Origin: Nemertoderma westbladi
Taxonomy: Eukaryota > Animalia > Xenacoelomorpha
NCBI GenBank assembly: GCA_032718475.1
Contig: JAUCBJ010003393.1
Coordinates: 1-37,030 of the forward strand
DNA: 37,030 nucleotides
Direction of reading: 5' to 3'
Shown here in pieces: positions 21,361 to 31,384 of this stretch (position 1 is the first letter of the stretch; the number at the start of each line of letters is the position of its first letter). The notes beneath the pieces were generated by a model, which saw only the letters and a program-made list of their open reading frames with translations, had not been told where the DNA came from and searched no databases. Made by a program: the position numbers and the translations under genes.

Positions 21361-21786
21361 TCTAGTGGAAAGTCTAGTAGACAGTCTGGTGAGGCGTCCG
21401 GCGAACAGTCTGGTGAGATGGGTGGTGAGACATAGCACGGAACTTCCGGTGAAATGTCCTGTCGTCTGTCCCAAAGAAAGTCTGGCGTAGCTTCTGTCAG
21501 AATGTCTGGTCCAAAGTCTAGTGGACAGTCTGTCGAGATGTATGGAGGAAAGTCTGGTGAGATGTCCGGTAGACAATCTGTCGAGAGTTCCATAAAACAA
21601 TCTGGCGAATAATCCGGAAAACAGTCTGGTGTCGCTTCTGGCGAATAATCTGGCGAGTCATCTCGTGAACAAAGAAACGTCTGGTGAAATCTCCCGCGGA
21701 ACATCCGGTGAAAGATTCGTACGAATGTCTGGTCGAGTGTCTGCTGAGACGTCTGGCGTAATGTCAGGTCTAACGTCCAGGTCATC
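21361..21786 (-). repeat. Degenerate 12-bp coding minisatellite (about 35 units, xxPD peptide) in the RNase H-integrase linker
   Basis: Period-12 units such as tctggtgagatg, tccggtgaaatg, tctggcgaataa; protein SPDYSPEATPDCFPDYSPD... Confidence 0.85.
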
Positions 21787-21860
21787 AGATTTCATCCGTC
21801 CTTGTTTACTCTTGACCTTGGCGTTGGCTTTCACTTTGGACTTAACAACAGTGTCGATTT

Positions 21861-22716
21861 TTATCTCGGCACCCTCCGGTACCGTGTTAGTTGTCGCGTC
21901 AAATAACGGTGGCCATTCGTCCGATGGTCGTGGTAGGAAGTCAGGTCCTCTAAACCAAAAGGATTTATTGTCCGGTTTACAAAAGTCAATGACGCGATGT
22001 CAGCTGGGTTCAGTTTCCCTGGACAGTGACGCCAATCTTGTTTGTGCGACAGGTCCAATATTTCAGCCCATCTGTTGGCTACAAAAGTCTTGAACTTAAA
22101 TGTTTCGTTGTTTATGTAGCAAAGTACCAACGTGGCATCCGTCTAATACGTGACCTTCAAGTTAGCCTCCAGCTCGCGTTGAACTAGACTGACAATATCG
22201 GTGGATATCGTCCCGGCTTGCAGCTCTCCACGAGGTACAGTCATATACTTCAATGGCATTGTTCTAGCCCTAGAAATAACGAGAGACACATCGTAGCTGT
22301 CCGATTCCACTTGTTGTCTAAGGTATAAGGTAACCCCCAGTCCATCCTTACTAGCGTCGCTGAAACTGTGAAGCTCTAAGTCGGCAGGAAAGGTGGTCTG
22401 CAAAGGAAAGTATACCCTCGGTATGGTATAGTCTTGTAAGAACGTCAGTTGGGCTTCCCAGTCCTTCCATTGTTCAGCTAACTTTGCTGGGATAGGATCA
22501 TCCCATTCCAGTCCGGCTTGCCAAATGCTGCGGAGTATGATCCTGGCGTGTAGGATCACTGGACTAATGAGACATAATGGGTCATACAATCGACTCATGG
22601 TCGATAAGCAAGTCCTCTTTGTGAGAGGTCTAGTCTGGTCATTGGACCTTACTCGCACCCTAAACCTATCGGTGTTTGGGTCCCAACTAAGTCCTAATAC
22701 CTTGGTCGTAGGTTGA
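21861..22716 (-). pseudogene. pol: BEL-C connection/RNase H region
   Basis: KVLGLSWD, LTKR, LYDPLCLISP, WDDP, HSFSDAS, PRGEL, Y*TDA, FVANRW, NPADIAS. Confidence 0.9.
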
Positions 22717-23973
22717 GGTTATAGGTCTAAGTCCAAGTCACCTCCACTGTGATCCATCGGGTCAAATGAGTTTACTAGTTCGGGTTCGTTGGAAGCGAAC
22801 TTAGTGAGGCGAAATCCGCCCTCGGCGAGACAATCTTGGAGTTGGTGCGCTACGGTCGTAGCATACTCCAGAGTGTCACAACTCTTGAGGCCGTCACTCT
22901 CGTTCCACTGTCTGAGCTACTTCTGGGTCAAATTGGTCTCGTCTGTCCAATGCTGTTTACTTTAAGGCGTACATGGTGCAGTTAGGGCTATCCCTGGCCC
23001 CGAAGACTCTTACCTGCATTTGGTAAGTTTCTGGCAGAAGTTTCTGTCCGGGTACCAAAGAAACCTCAAACTGTCCCTGTCCCACTCCAAAGCCTTAACC
23101 TGGTGAAACATGGCCTCTACATCACAGGTGAACTTTGTGTTGTCTAAAACGCATTAGGACTCCCATGAGGTAATTATTCATATTCAGCCTGTCCATCAGT
23201 TCGCTGTACATCCCTTGTATAGACATCCCTTGGTAAAGCGCGGCGCAGTCATTGACTACACGCACCTTGCCAGGTTTGTCCGTGTCCGGGTGTCTAACAA
23301 AATGATGTGGCAGGTAATATGTTTGATCTGTGGTTACCTCGGGATTTAACATCCTAATGGCGTATCCCTTTTGGAGATACGTCTGAAGTTGCGCATTGTA
23401 TTGCATATGGGCTGTCTCATCACGCAACAATCGCTGCCTTATTGATTTGAGTAGCCTCAAAGCAAGCGGGTAGTTGTTAACGAGCTTAGGTTGTCCATGG
23501 CGCCACAACATGCCAATTTCGTAGTGGCCATTCGCAGTCTGGCGAATGGTATCTCTCATAATATTTAATGACCGTTTTTCCTGTTCTGACATAGCGGTCT
23601 CGTAACTACCAGGTTCTGCTGAGTCCTGTTCTAACCATTTAATGGTCCGTTCAGTCAGCAGTCGGTCAAGCGCTGCTTGCACTGCACCATAGTCCTCGTC
23701 TACGTCTTCGTCCGCTGCGGTGGCTAGTGTCAATGTGTCTGGTAGGCTCGCAAGCCTTCCGGTGTCACTAGTCGGCGTCGAAACGTCGTGAGGCGGTTTG
23801 ATAACCTTTTGATCTGTCGGTATGCTCGCAAGCCTTCCAAGATCAACGACCGGTGTCGAAGCCTGGTGAGTGGGGTCAATGACCTTCGGATTTATCGGTA
23901 GACTCGCAAGCCTTCCAAAACCCTCATTCATCGAGTCATCCACAGCAACAACCCTTTGGTCTTCAGTAGTCAA
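22717..23973 (-). pseudogene. pol: BEL-C reverse transcriptase and upstream linker; YVDD motif damaged by a small deletion near 22895
   Basis: GHYEIGMLW, YYLPHHFV, KVRVVNDCAA, DVEAMFHQV, LRFLW, VFGARDSP, DGLKS, GGFRLTKFASN. Confidence 0.9.
23741..23916 (-). repeat. Three 78-bp-period repeats in the PR-RT linker, each carrying the stem-loop
   Basis: GRLAS(L/I)P...KVI.P.H..STP repeated; motif starts at 23741, 23819, 23897. Confidence 0.85.
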
Positions 23974-24078
23974 TACAACCTCTTTCGCTGCAAGTAGCTG
24001 TAAGTCAGAGGTCCGTGTGGTTGTGTCCAGATCAGTTACGTCAGTATCAGTTACGTCAGTGTTAGCGACGCAAGTCTG

Positions 24079-24811
24079 TCATAGTACAGTCTGTACAATT
24101 GGACCACAGGAGTGTGAAGGAGAATTATCTATCGTGGTAGTCAGTAAACTACACATACTCAAAACGTCGTCCTCCTGGTCACTTACCTCTAGTGAACGCA
24201 CTGGTGCTCTAGTATACCAACCTATGGGAGTTCTACATGTGTAGGGGTTGCCCGCTGTAATAACAGATGGGCGTGTCTCCCATACCTGATGTAAGTTAAA
24301 CTGGTCTGTCCCAATCAACATCTCGATTGAGCGAAAGTTAACAGGACATTCTGGTATTCCAAGGTGTCGGAAATACTTACGATCTTCTGCTGATTGCTGC
24401 GAAGTCCTTCGTAGCTGCAAAGGTCAAATTTCTAACCGGAAGTAATGAGCGCTCCACCTTGCTGTGTTCCACTTTGGAAAGAAGAGTATCTAAAGTTAAT
24501 TTAACTCTCGTCACAGGAATCACTCTCTTACCATGCATGCTGCTTACAGTATACTGAGCAGTCTTACCTTTACTCATGTCAGTAACTACATCGGCTACTT
24601 GTTCGTCGACGCAACTATGCGATGACGCAGAGTCTAGGATAGCGTATATACGCCTGCTCCCTCGGGTTCCGGTAATCTTTATAGGAATCACGCTAAACCC
24701 TTTCAATTGGTTCTGTGTGAGGAGTGTTATGGATGGTTGTTCCTCCTCCGCATGCACATAAAAGGTGTCATCTTCCTCCTCGTCCTCGTCCGATGATCCT
24801 GATTGATCCAT
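24079..24811 (-). pseudogene. BEL-C aspartic protease (frameshifted)
   Basis: IPIKI...IYAILDSASSHSCV; IEMLIGTD; TPIGW. Confidence 0.85.
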
Positions 24812-24936
24812 ACAGTTAGTATAGAAGTTATGGATTTCGCATGGGCGCGCCCCATGCGAAATCCATAACTTCTATACTAACTGTATGGATCAATCAGGAT
24901 CATCGGACGAGGACGAGGAGGAAGATGACACCTTTT
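24760..24936. repeat. Perfect inverted repeat, 86-bp arms, 5-nt spacer
   Basis: 24760..24845 is the reverse complement of 24851..24936; spacer cgcgc. Confidence 0.95.
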
Positions 24937-27900
24937 CTAGCCGCTTTATCTGGATGCTTTCGTCGAAAGTGTTTGGTGGGAGTATGACTATTTGTGTGGA
25001 GTAACGCGTCATGGTTACGTCCACATAGAGGACATGTATCATGTCCTGGGCAATCCTTCCGGACGTGTCCAGGCATGGTACATCTCCAACAAGAATCCAA
25101 CAGTCGAATTTGGAGTCTTCTCTCTTCAACTCCCAACTCTCTAAAGGCACGACATCCACGTATGTAATATCCGCTGTAGTTTCTGCTGTTTCGTTCACAA
25201 TATGGGCATCCCATATAATCCGCCGGCAACTGTTGTCGTGGCTGTTTGGTGCCGATAGGCGTCAGAACTTTAGAAGTGTCTGTTGGGGTGGCATAAGTCA
25301 CGGTTTTTAAGTTTCGGCTCACCAGACAGAACCTGGAGCAAGTAATTAAACTTCTCCGTTGAGGTGAAGGCACACTTAGCGATATGGGACTCTACGTAGT
25401 CTACCAGCCTACGCCAGTGCTTCGTGTTGCCAGAGAACTTCGGCGGTTGTTGTGCCGGTAATCCGTGTCTGGCCGCAAACTTAGCAATCTCGCTAACTAA
25501 GTCTAACTGTCCACGTCCCTGTTCGGTTACGTCGTCCAGTCATTCCCTTCCGTGCGTTATCCGTCGGTAGGAAATGTTAATGGGATCTTCTTCTCGATGG
25601 TTCGGAGTCTGTCTAGTCTCCTGTTCTCTCCGTGGTGGTCGATGTTGTCTAGGTTGTTCCACTTCCACAGTCGCTCTTCTATCTGAGGTAGTCGATCCGT
25701 TACAGGTCGCATTATTTCGGTGAGTCTGTTGGTGCGAATCGTCTCAGTCGGTTGTAACACAGGTTTCTGGACGGGTGTTTCTCATGGAGGATTGTTGATG
25801 TAATGATTCGTCGATCTCTCCTCTCGTTTGTAATCATCCGCCGGTCCAGTACGGAATATTTCCCTCTCGGTCGACTCCGAGTCACTAGAGGAGTCGCTGT
25901 CATCCGGATAAGGTGGTTGATGTGTTCGCGTCCGGTGTATTATTCTTGTCGGTCGCGTCTGTCTTTGTACGGCGTCCTCGGTTCTTCGTCTTCTGGTAGG
26001 CTCGCAAGCCTTCCATGAAGTCATAGGTCTCGATAAGTTCCTGTGGATGTACTCCACAAACTTCGTCCATTGTTCGGTGTCCTCGGTTCATCACCGTCTG
26101 GTAGGCTTGCAAGCCTTCCACGAAGTCATAGGTCTCGTTACACAGTGTGTCAGTGGTCGAATAAAGCAGCCAGGATTCGTAGTCGGTCTGTAAATGACTG
26201 GGTTCGCGCAGCACGTTACAGGTTTAACTGCTAACGGCTTACTTACCTGCTTAACTGTCATAAGTACAGGTTCCTCTCTTCCTACGAGTAAACTCTGGCT
26301 TACTGTAGGTGGACTACTTACTTCACCTGCTAAAATCGGCAATGACGTCGCTCTAGGTTGCGGTATTTCTGTCACAACAAACCTGTTACCTTGCATTGAA
26401 CGCACAGGTGATATTTCCTTCGGTTTTGCAACTATGACCAGTTTTACTGGAGTTGTGGGTTTGAGCATAGGAATAACTTGGGGAAAACATTGACAATAAT
26501 CCTCGATGAACTCCTCTCCTTGATCTATAACTCCCACACTTCCTTCCTCGATTCGCTTCTGAATTCCGCGATATTGAGTCTTCATGCGATCCAGGGCAGA
26601 CAAGTCATGTCTAGCTCGAGACCATATAGATCTATAAGTTTCGAGTTCGAGGTCCTCTTGCGCGTTCGCCACCTCGCACGATCTGCAATTTAGTTCGAAC
26701 TGGAGCCGCATCTCCCTTTCGCGTCGATCGGCTACCTGTTGTTGTGCCGCTCACTCCGCTTCCTGTATGGCTAAATGAGCGTTTATTTGTCATGCCTCCA
26801 ACTTGGCACGAGCATTGGATGCTGCTTTCTTCCGTGCTAACTCAGCTGCGTTTACCACCGCAACTCGTGCTAACTCGTCAGCTGCTGCCTGTCGTGCCAA
26901 CTCGTCAGCTGCCGCTTGTCGTGCTAACTCATCAGCTGCCGCCTGTCGTGCTAACTCGTCGGCTGCTGCCGCTGCGGCCGCTTTTCGCCCTAAATCCACC
27001 TCTAATCTCCGCATTTCTGATGCTTCAAATTCGGCTTGAGCCTGGAGTTTTGCAAATTTCGCTACATCGTCTCGTCACTGTCTTTCTCTTTCAGCCGCAA
27101 TCTGTGCCAACTGCCGTTGCGTTTCTTCCTCAGCGACTTGTTGTCGGCTTGCAACCTCCTGTTGTTGTCGAGTAATTACAGACGCTGTCCTACTAACATC
27201 GCCAATGTCGCTCCGTACACTAACAAATGATCTATCCAGTTGTGGAATTTGGTAGGCTCGCGAGCCTTCCGTAGTTAGAACTTCCGTCATCCCTCACGGT
27301 TCGACTTCCAGTTCTTCGATCGGTACGCTGCATCTACGAAGAAAATTGGTGAGTGTCTCTAACCTCCCGTCCAGTTAGTATAGTTCTTCTTCCTCTTTGG
27401 GTTGTAACAACGCGTCCGAAACTGACTCACCTAACAGTTGGTCAAACTGCTGAGCCAATCTTACTACTGATTTAAACTGAATGAGGCTTTCCCTCGCACT
27501 TACCAACTTATCTATTATCTTTACCTGAGTAAAGTTGTCGCCACGCAACTCTGCAAGTTCGTGTAAACCTTTCAGTTTATCTACGGAGGCATGTATCCTA
27601 CTTTCTATCCTTACCTGTAAGGTGTAGAACTCGTATCTCGACATTGGGGCGGTTAACTCGCGTAAAACGCGAAAACTTTCTCCGAAGTTTCGAGTAATCT
27701 GGGCCATGTGTCCTCCTATACTCCTAATAATGTTCTCCTGGCTTCCAGTCGAACTTACCATGTCCGGTTCCCACGATCTGGTCTGCGGGACGGTAAGGAA
27801 ATCTTCGATTCTGCCGTCGCCATGCGTTGCAGCTTCTGGTATTTCCGTTCGGGGTACCGGCGATGCACGCGGTGTGACATCGGTAGAATCTTGGGTTTTT

Positions 27901-27989
27901 CTTCTCGGTTCGTCTACTGTCGATCTATCCAGGTCGCACGAGTCATAGTCGGTAGGTGGTTATCGAGTCGAATGTGGGGTATCACTCAT
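24937..27989 (-). pseudogene. gag: BEL-C Gag (long coiled-coil N-terminus, BEL-type Cys-His array; many stops)
   Basis: ATG at 27989 is in frame with the fragments starting at 27761, 27290, 27014 and 26711; CPYC...C, CWRCTMPGHVRKDC, CPLCGRNHDALLH. Confidence 0.8.
26864..26976 (-). repeat. Four 27-bp repeats encoding AAADELARQ
   Basis: tcgtgctaactcgtcagctgc... at period 27. Confidence 0.9.
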
Positions 27990-28069
27990 GTCTTATTATA
28001 TACGTCAAGTACGGGTAATAAAATGTCAAAGTATCAGAATGTCGAAATGTCAAAATGTCAAAATGTCAA

Positions 28070-28079
28070 ACTTACCTTG
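28070..28079 (-). promoter_or_regulatory. Candidate splice donor upstream of gag
   Basis: CAAG|GTAAGT consensus between the PBS and the gag ATG. Confidence 0.5.
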
Positions 28080-28200
28080 GTATATATATATACTATATAT
28101 ATACCCTAACCGGTACAAATAAAATCAAAAGTATATAATAAAATATGTAATAATCTAGCCTACCGACTAAATTTGTACGAATAAGTGAGATAACGGTATA

Positions 28201-28208
28201 CGCTACCA
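28201..28208 (-). promoter_or_regulatory. BEL-C primer binding site (initiator-Met-like)
   Basis: ...ATCTACA-TTT-TGGTAGCG; TGGTAGC complements the tRNA-iMet 3' end GCTACCA; short match only. Confidence 0.6.
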
Positions 28209-29868
28209 AAATGTAGATCAACAAGTACAAATAATAGGCAAAACAGCAACGTCTAATGGGAAAATAAGTACCAACAACACTACTAATTAGACAGTGGAAC
28301 CCACAAATTTTGAGTACTACTGTGCTCTTAAGTTTGAACGACACGAGTCGTAAAACTTACGCTCCTTTGATCTTCCAGTCGTGCAAATTCCCAAATACAA
28401 ACCGGACGTGGGTCGTTCCGTTTTCAGCATCGCGGACAAATTTTATGTCTCCCAAACTTTGCGAAAAGCGGTCTAATCCCTCGAAGCGGTCCAGAAATGA
28501 GTCCTTGAGTCCTGAAAGGTCGAAGGTGAGAGTTTTACTTCTACTCTACGAAAATCTTCCTAGGTACTGATACAACTTGGTCTTTAAACCCTATGTACCT
28601 TTTCAAGTACCGAAAAGTAACACCGCACACACACGGCGTAAAACAAATTACTACAAAGTGTCTATTCTAATACATGGGCGAGTCAAATACCCGGCGAACT
28701 AGACAAAACAGGATACCCGTCCTCTAACCGGTGAGGCAGATGTACATTCTATGGTGACAGACCAAACTCACAAGGAAACAATCCCCGCGCAGTGAATCCT
28801 AACTATCACTAATGGACCCAAATACCGTAAACTTGCCGCCGTGTGATTTATATGGTTTATATACGGGCTAGTGGATTTATAGACTAGCGTAACAATACTG
28901 ACCGTACTAAATCAGTCAAAAGGGGGTCGTGCCTAAAGTAACAATACTGTCGGCAGAAACAACAGTCTAATAAGTAAATACTCCTCTTGCCATAAACTAA
29001 ATATCATATATCCTAAATTTACAAACTACGAATAGTAAAACTACCGTAGATCCTATCTGAGAATAACCTAAAGTAGGTAATAACTAGTAGAGCTCTAAGA
29101 GTACATATGTTTTAGGGCATGAGTGTGTGTTTGTGTGTTACGAATACAACAATTTTGGTGTACTCCATTGTACTAGGTTTTATTGAATTTTGACCGAAAC
29201 AATACCAGGCACTAGCTACGAAAATAAGCTAGTCGCACTCTGTAGGGCTTAATACTTACAAAATGACATCGAAGCTCTCTCCTTCCTATCCACAACTCAA
29301 CCGGGCAATTACGGTGTTAGTAACTACACCCGTGATCGGCACAAATACCAGATTCTGGTTGTAAGATAAGAAATAGTTGTTAATTGCTACCGTACGTTAG
29401 CTGATCTGGTATACAAATTTGATTCTAGAATTTTATTGCTGCGGTGGTTAGCAGCAATACCTATCAGTATGTGGCAAGGCGCGGTAGGATATTAACAAAA
29501 CCTCCCTAGGCCAAGCATGTGCCAGTAGCAGAAATACTCCTTGCCTGATCAAATGTCGCGGGCTCAGGCAGGGGGTGGGTACTAATGTATAAGCTACAAA
29601 GTGAACCGGTACCGAACTGTCAGTACTACAAATCACTAAATTATGGAACATAATATGCTGTCTGTACTTAAAGTGTACTTGCGTACTGAATATAAATGTT
29701 TAAGGTTTACAGCATATTTATGTAATTTACCAAAGATTTATCAAAGTTCAAGTTAATGTAACTAGAAAGGGTATACAAGATTAACAAGATAAGTTAAGGC
29801 AAATAGTGTAGGGTAATAAGATAACTTAATGGTGTTAGTGAGAGTGATAACCGAAGGCAAACCGGCCC

Positions 29869-30005
29869 TTATATAGCAAATATGGGACATAGAATTCACT
29901 AGAACCTTCCAGAGCATTCCATGGCCTCACATTGGAGCAATAAGATGTTCTATGCCCAATGATTGGCCCAACTCATCGTTCCACATATTGTACGCACCTC
30001 ATTGG
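29869..30005 (-). promoter_or_regulatory. LTR Pol II promoter (5' LTR copy): CCAAT x3 + TATATAA
   Basis: attgg at 29931, 29962 and 30001; ttatata at 29869..29875. Confidence 0.6.
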
Positions 30006-30040
30006 CTTATCTAATCAATCAGATCGAAAATAAATAGCCC

Positions 30041-30124
30041 AAAACTGCAAATTTCCCAACTGGGATTCGAACTCGTAACCTAACTGTAATGTAACCAACG
30101 CCTTAACCATCTGACCACTGCGCC
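30041..30124 (-). ncRNA. tRNA-derived Pol III cassette in the 5' LTR
   Basis: Same A box and B box as 14140..14224, with a T4 terminator. Confidence 0.6.
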
Positions 30125-30263
30125 AATAGAGTCACCTATGAATTAATTTTTTACCAATATGAATAGGCATATTACGTTACTGCAATTAAATCAAAATACG
30201 TCGGATTTTAGAAAGTTTTTACGTTACACTACAAATGCTACTTAACAGTGAAATAATCCATCA

Positions 30264-31270
30264 CCTGATCTAATATAATCCATTGACCCTTTGCTACACA
30301 TAATTAACTTATCATTGGTACCCGGAATTGTTCCTAAAGGTATGAAAATAACAAAAATTATCTTCAGCATATAAATATCTTAATTACTATCTACAAAGCA
30401 AAAAATTTTCGAAAAATTCGTTATAAATTAAGGTGTTATAATGTTGTTAGTGTCCTAACTTTCTTTATTGAAAAGTTTGTTTGTACCAATTAAAATATTA
30501 TTTTTAGAAAAAAAATATCACATCACATCTCGTTAATCTGGGTTTTAAAGAGGACGTTCGCCAGATTTAGCGAATTATCAGACGCTGTAGAAATTTCCAA
30601 ATAGATCTAAATTAGTTAAATTAAAAAGGTCTAAATTAGACCTAAGCTTTCGATACCGTCGACCGTAACATTCTATGTCAAAGATTGGTACATTATGGAA
30701 TTCGGGGTATACCTCTGGAATGGTTTAAAAATTATCTCTGCAACAGATACCAATACGTTCAATATGGTTCGAATGCATCCTCACTTCGGCCTAACACCAT
30801 GGGGTACCCCAGGGATCCATTTTGGGCCCAGGTTTGTTTCTCATGTATATTAATTAATGACATTGTGGAATGTTCTAAACTTTATTCCAGAACAAATTCG
30901 GCTTACATTGTACCATACTCTAGTTAGTCCATATCTGTTGTTTGGTTTAATATGCATTCCAAATAAAAGGAAAAAATAAAATATCCAAATAAAAGCAGGA
31001 AGACATACATGTATCGTTGACAGTGTGTTACTCTAATTTTAAACACAGAAAATCTTTAATAAAACTGCCAATTGAATTTAAGCTCAAAATTTATTTTTAA
31101 TTAATAGACAAATCACACACGTTCTGCCTCAAATTAACGTTTGCCATTGCTCAGAACATTGTATACTCAAAATACCGCCCGCCATCTATCAGCCCCAGCT
31201 TTATGGAATGACCTACCACATTAAATTATACACTCAACTTCCTTGGCCCAATTTAAACGCAGATTAGATG
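30264..31270 (+). mobile_element. Old, heavily decayed CR1/L2-group LINE RT remnant
   Basis: PLLHIINLSLVPGIVP, AFDTVDRNIL, HYGIRGIPLEWFKNYLCNRYQYV, G-VPQGSILGP (frameshifted), INDI. Confidence 0.8.
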
Positions 31271-31384
31271 TAAACGAATCGTCAATCTAAATATAAAACA
31301 ACAACTCTTGTCATAACAGACATTAATTTCTATATTTGAATCTTTTACCTGTTCGTATATTATATTATTCATACATTATATAAA

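Larger units (their letters stand above)
14798..27270 (-). repeat. Dispersed 20-nt stem-loop, 12 copies, all in the same orientation
   Basis: Plus-strand consensus GGTAGGCT-CGCA-AGCCTTCC starting at 14798, 14852, 16325, 17874, 19030, 20989, 23741, 23819, 23897, 25995, 26100, 27251. Confidence 0.93.
12360..30263 (-). mobile_element. Large decayed BEL/Pao LTR retrotransposon C (~18 kb) with long LTRs and an accessory 3' ORF
   Basis: Direct repeats 12360..14361 and 28674..30263; BEL-type gag, PR, RT, RH, IN on the minus strand; ~4 kb extra ORF. Confidence 0.93.
28212..30263 (-). repeat. BEL-C 5' LTR (~2.05 kb)
   Basis: Plus-strand ends TGTAGAT...ATCCATCA (ATCTATCA in the other copy). 28674..30263 is confirmed by the second copy; 28212..28673 is inferred from the terminal repeat and the PBS. 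Confidence 0.85.

Noticed and set aside
23741-23916. CRISPR-like array (palindromic 20-nt repeat at a regular 78-bp period)
   Set aside because: The spacers are similar to each other and coding, the other copies are irregularly spaced, there are no cas genes, and the context is a eukaryotic retroelement.
14798-27270. GRLASLP as a conserved peptide motif
   Set aside because: The same DNA is read in three frames and one copy is intergenic. It gives GRLASLP on both strands only because it is near-palindromic.
28675-28680. LTR boundary at TGGGCG, where homology with the left copy starts
   Set aside because: No PBS adjoins it and the left copy is cut here by BEL-B. Position 28212 has both the terminal repeat and a PBS.
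30055-30124. Functional tRNA gene
   Set aside because: The acceptor and anticodon stems do not pair; only promoter boxes are recognisable.
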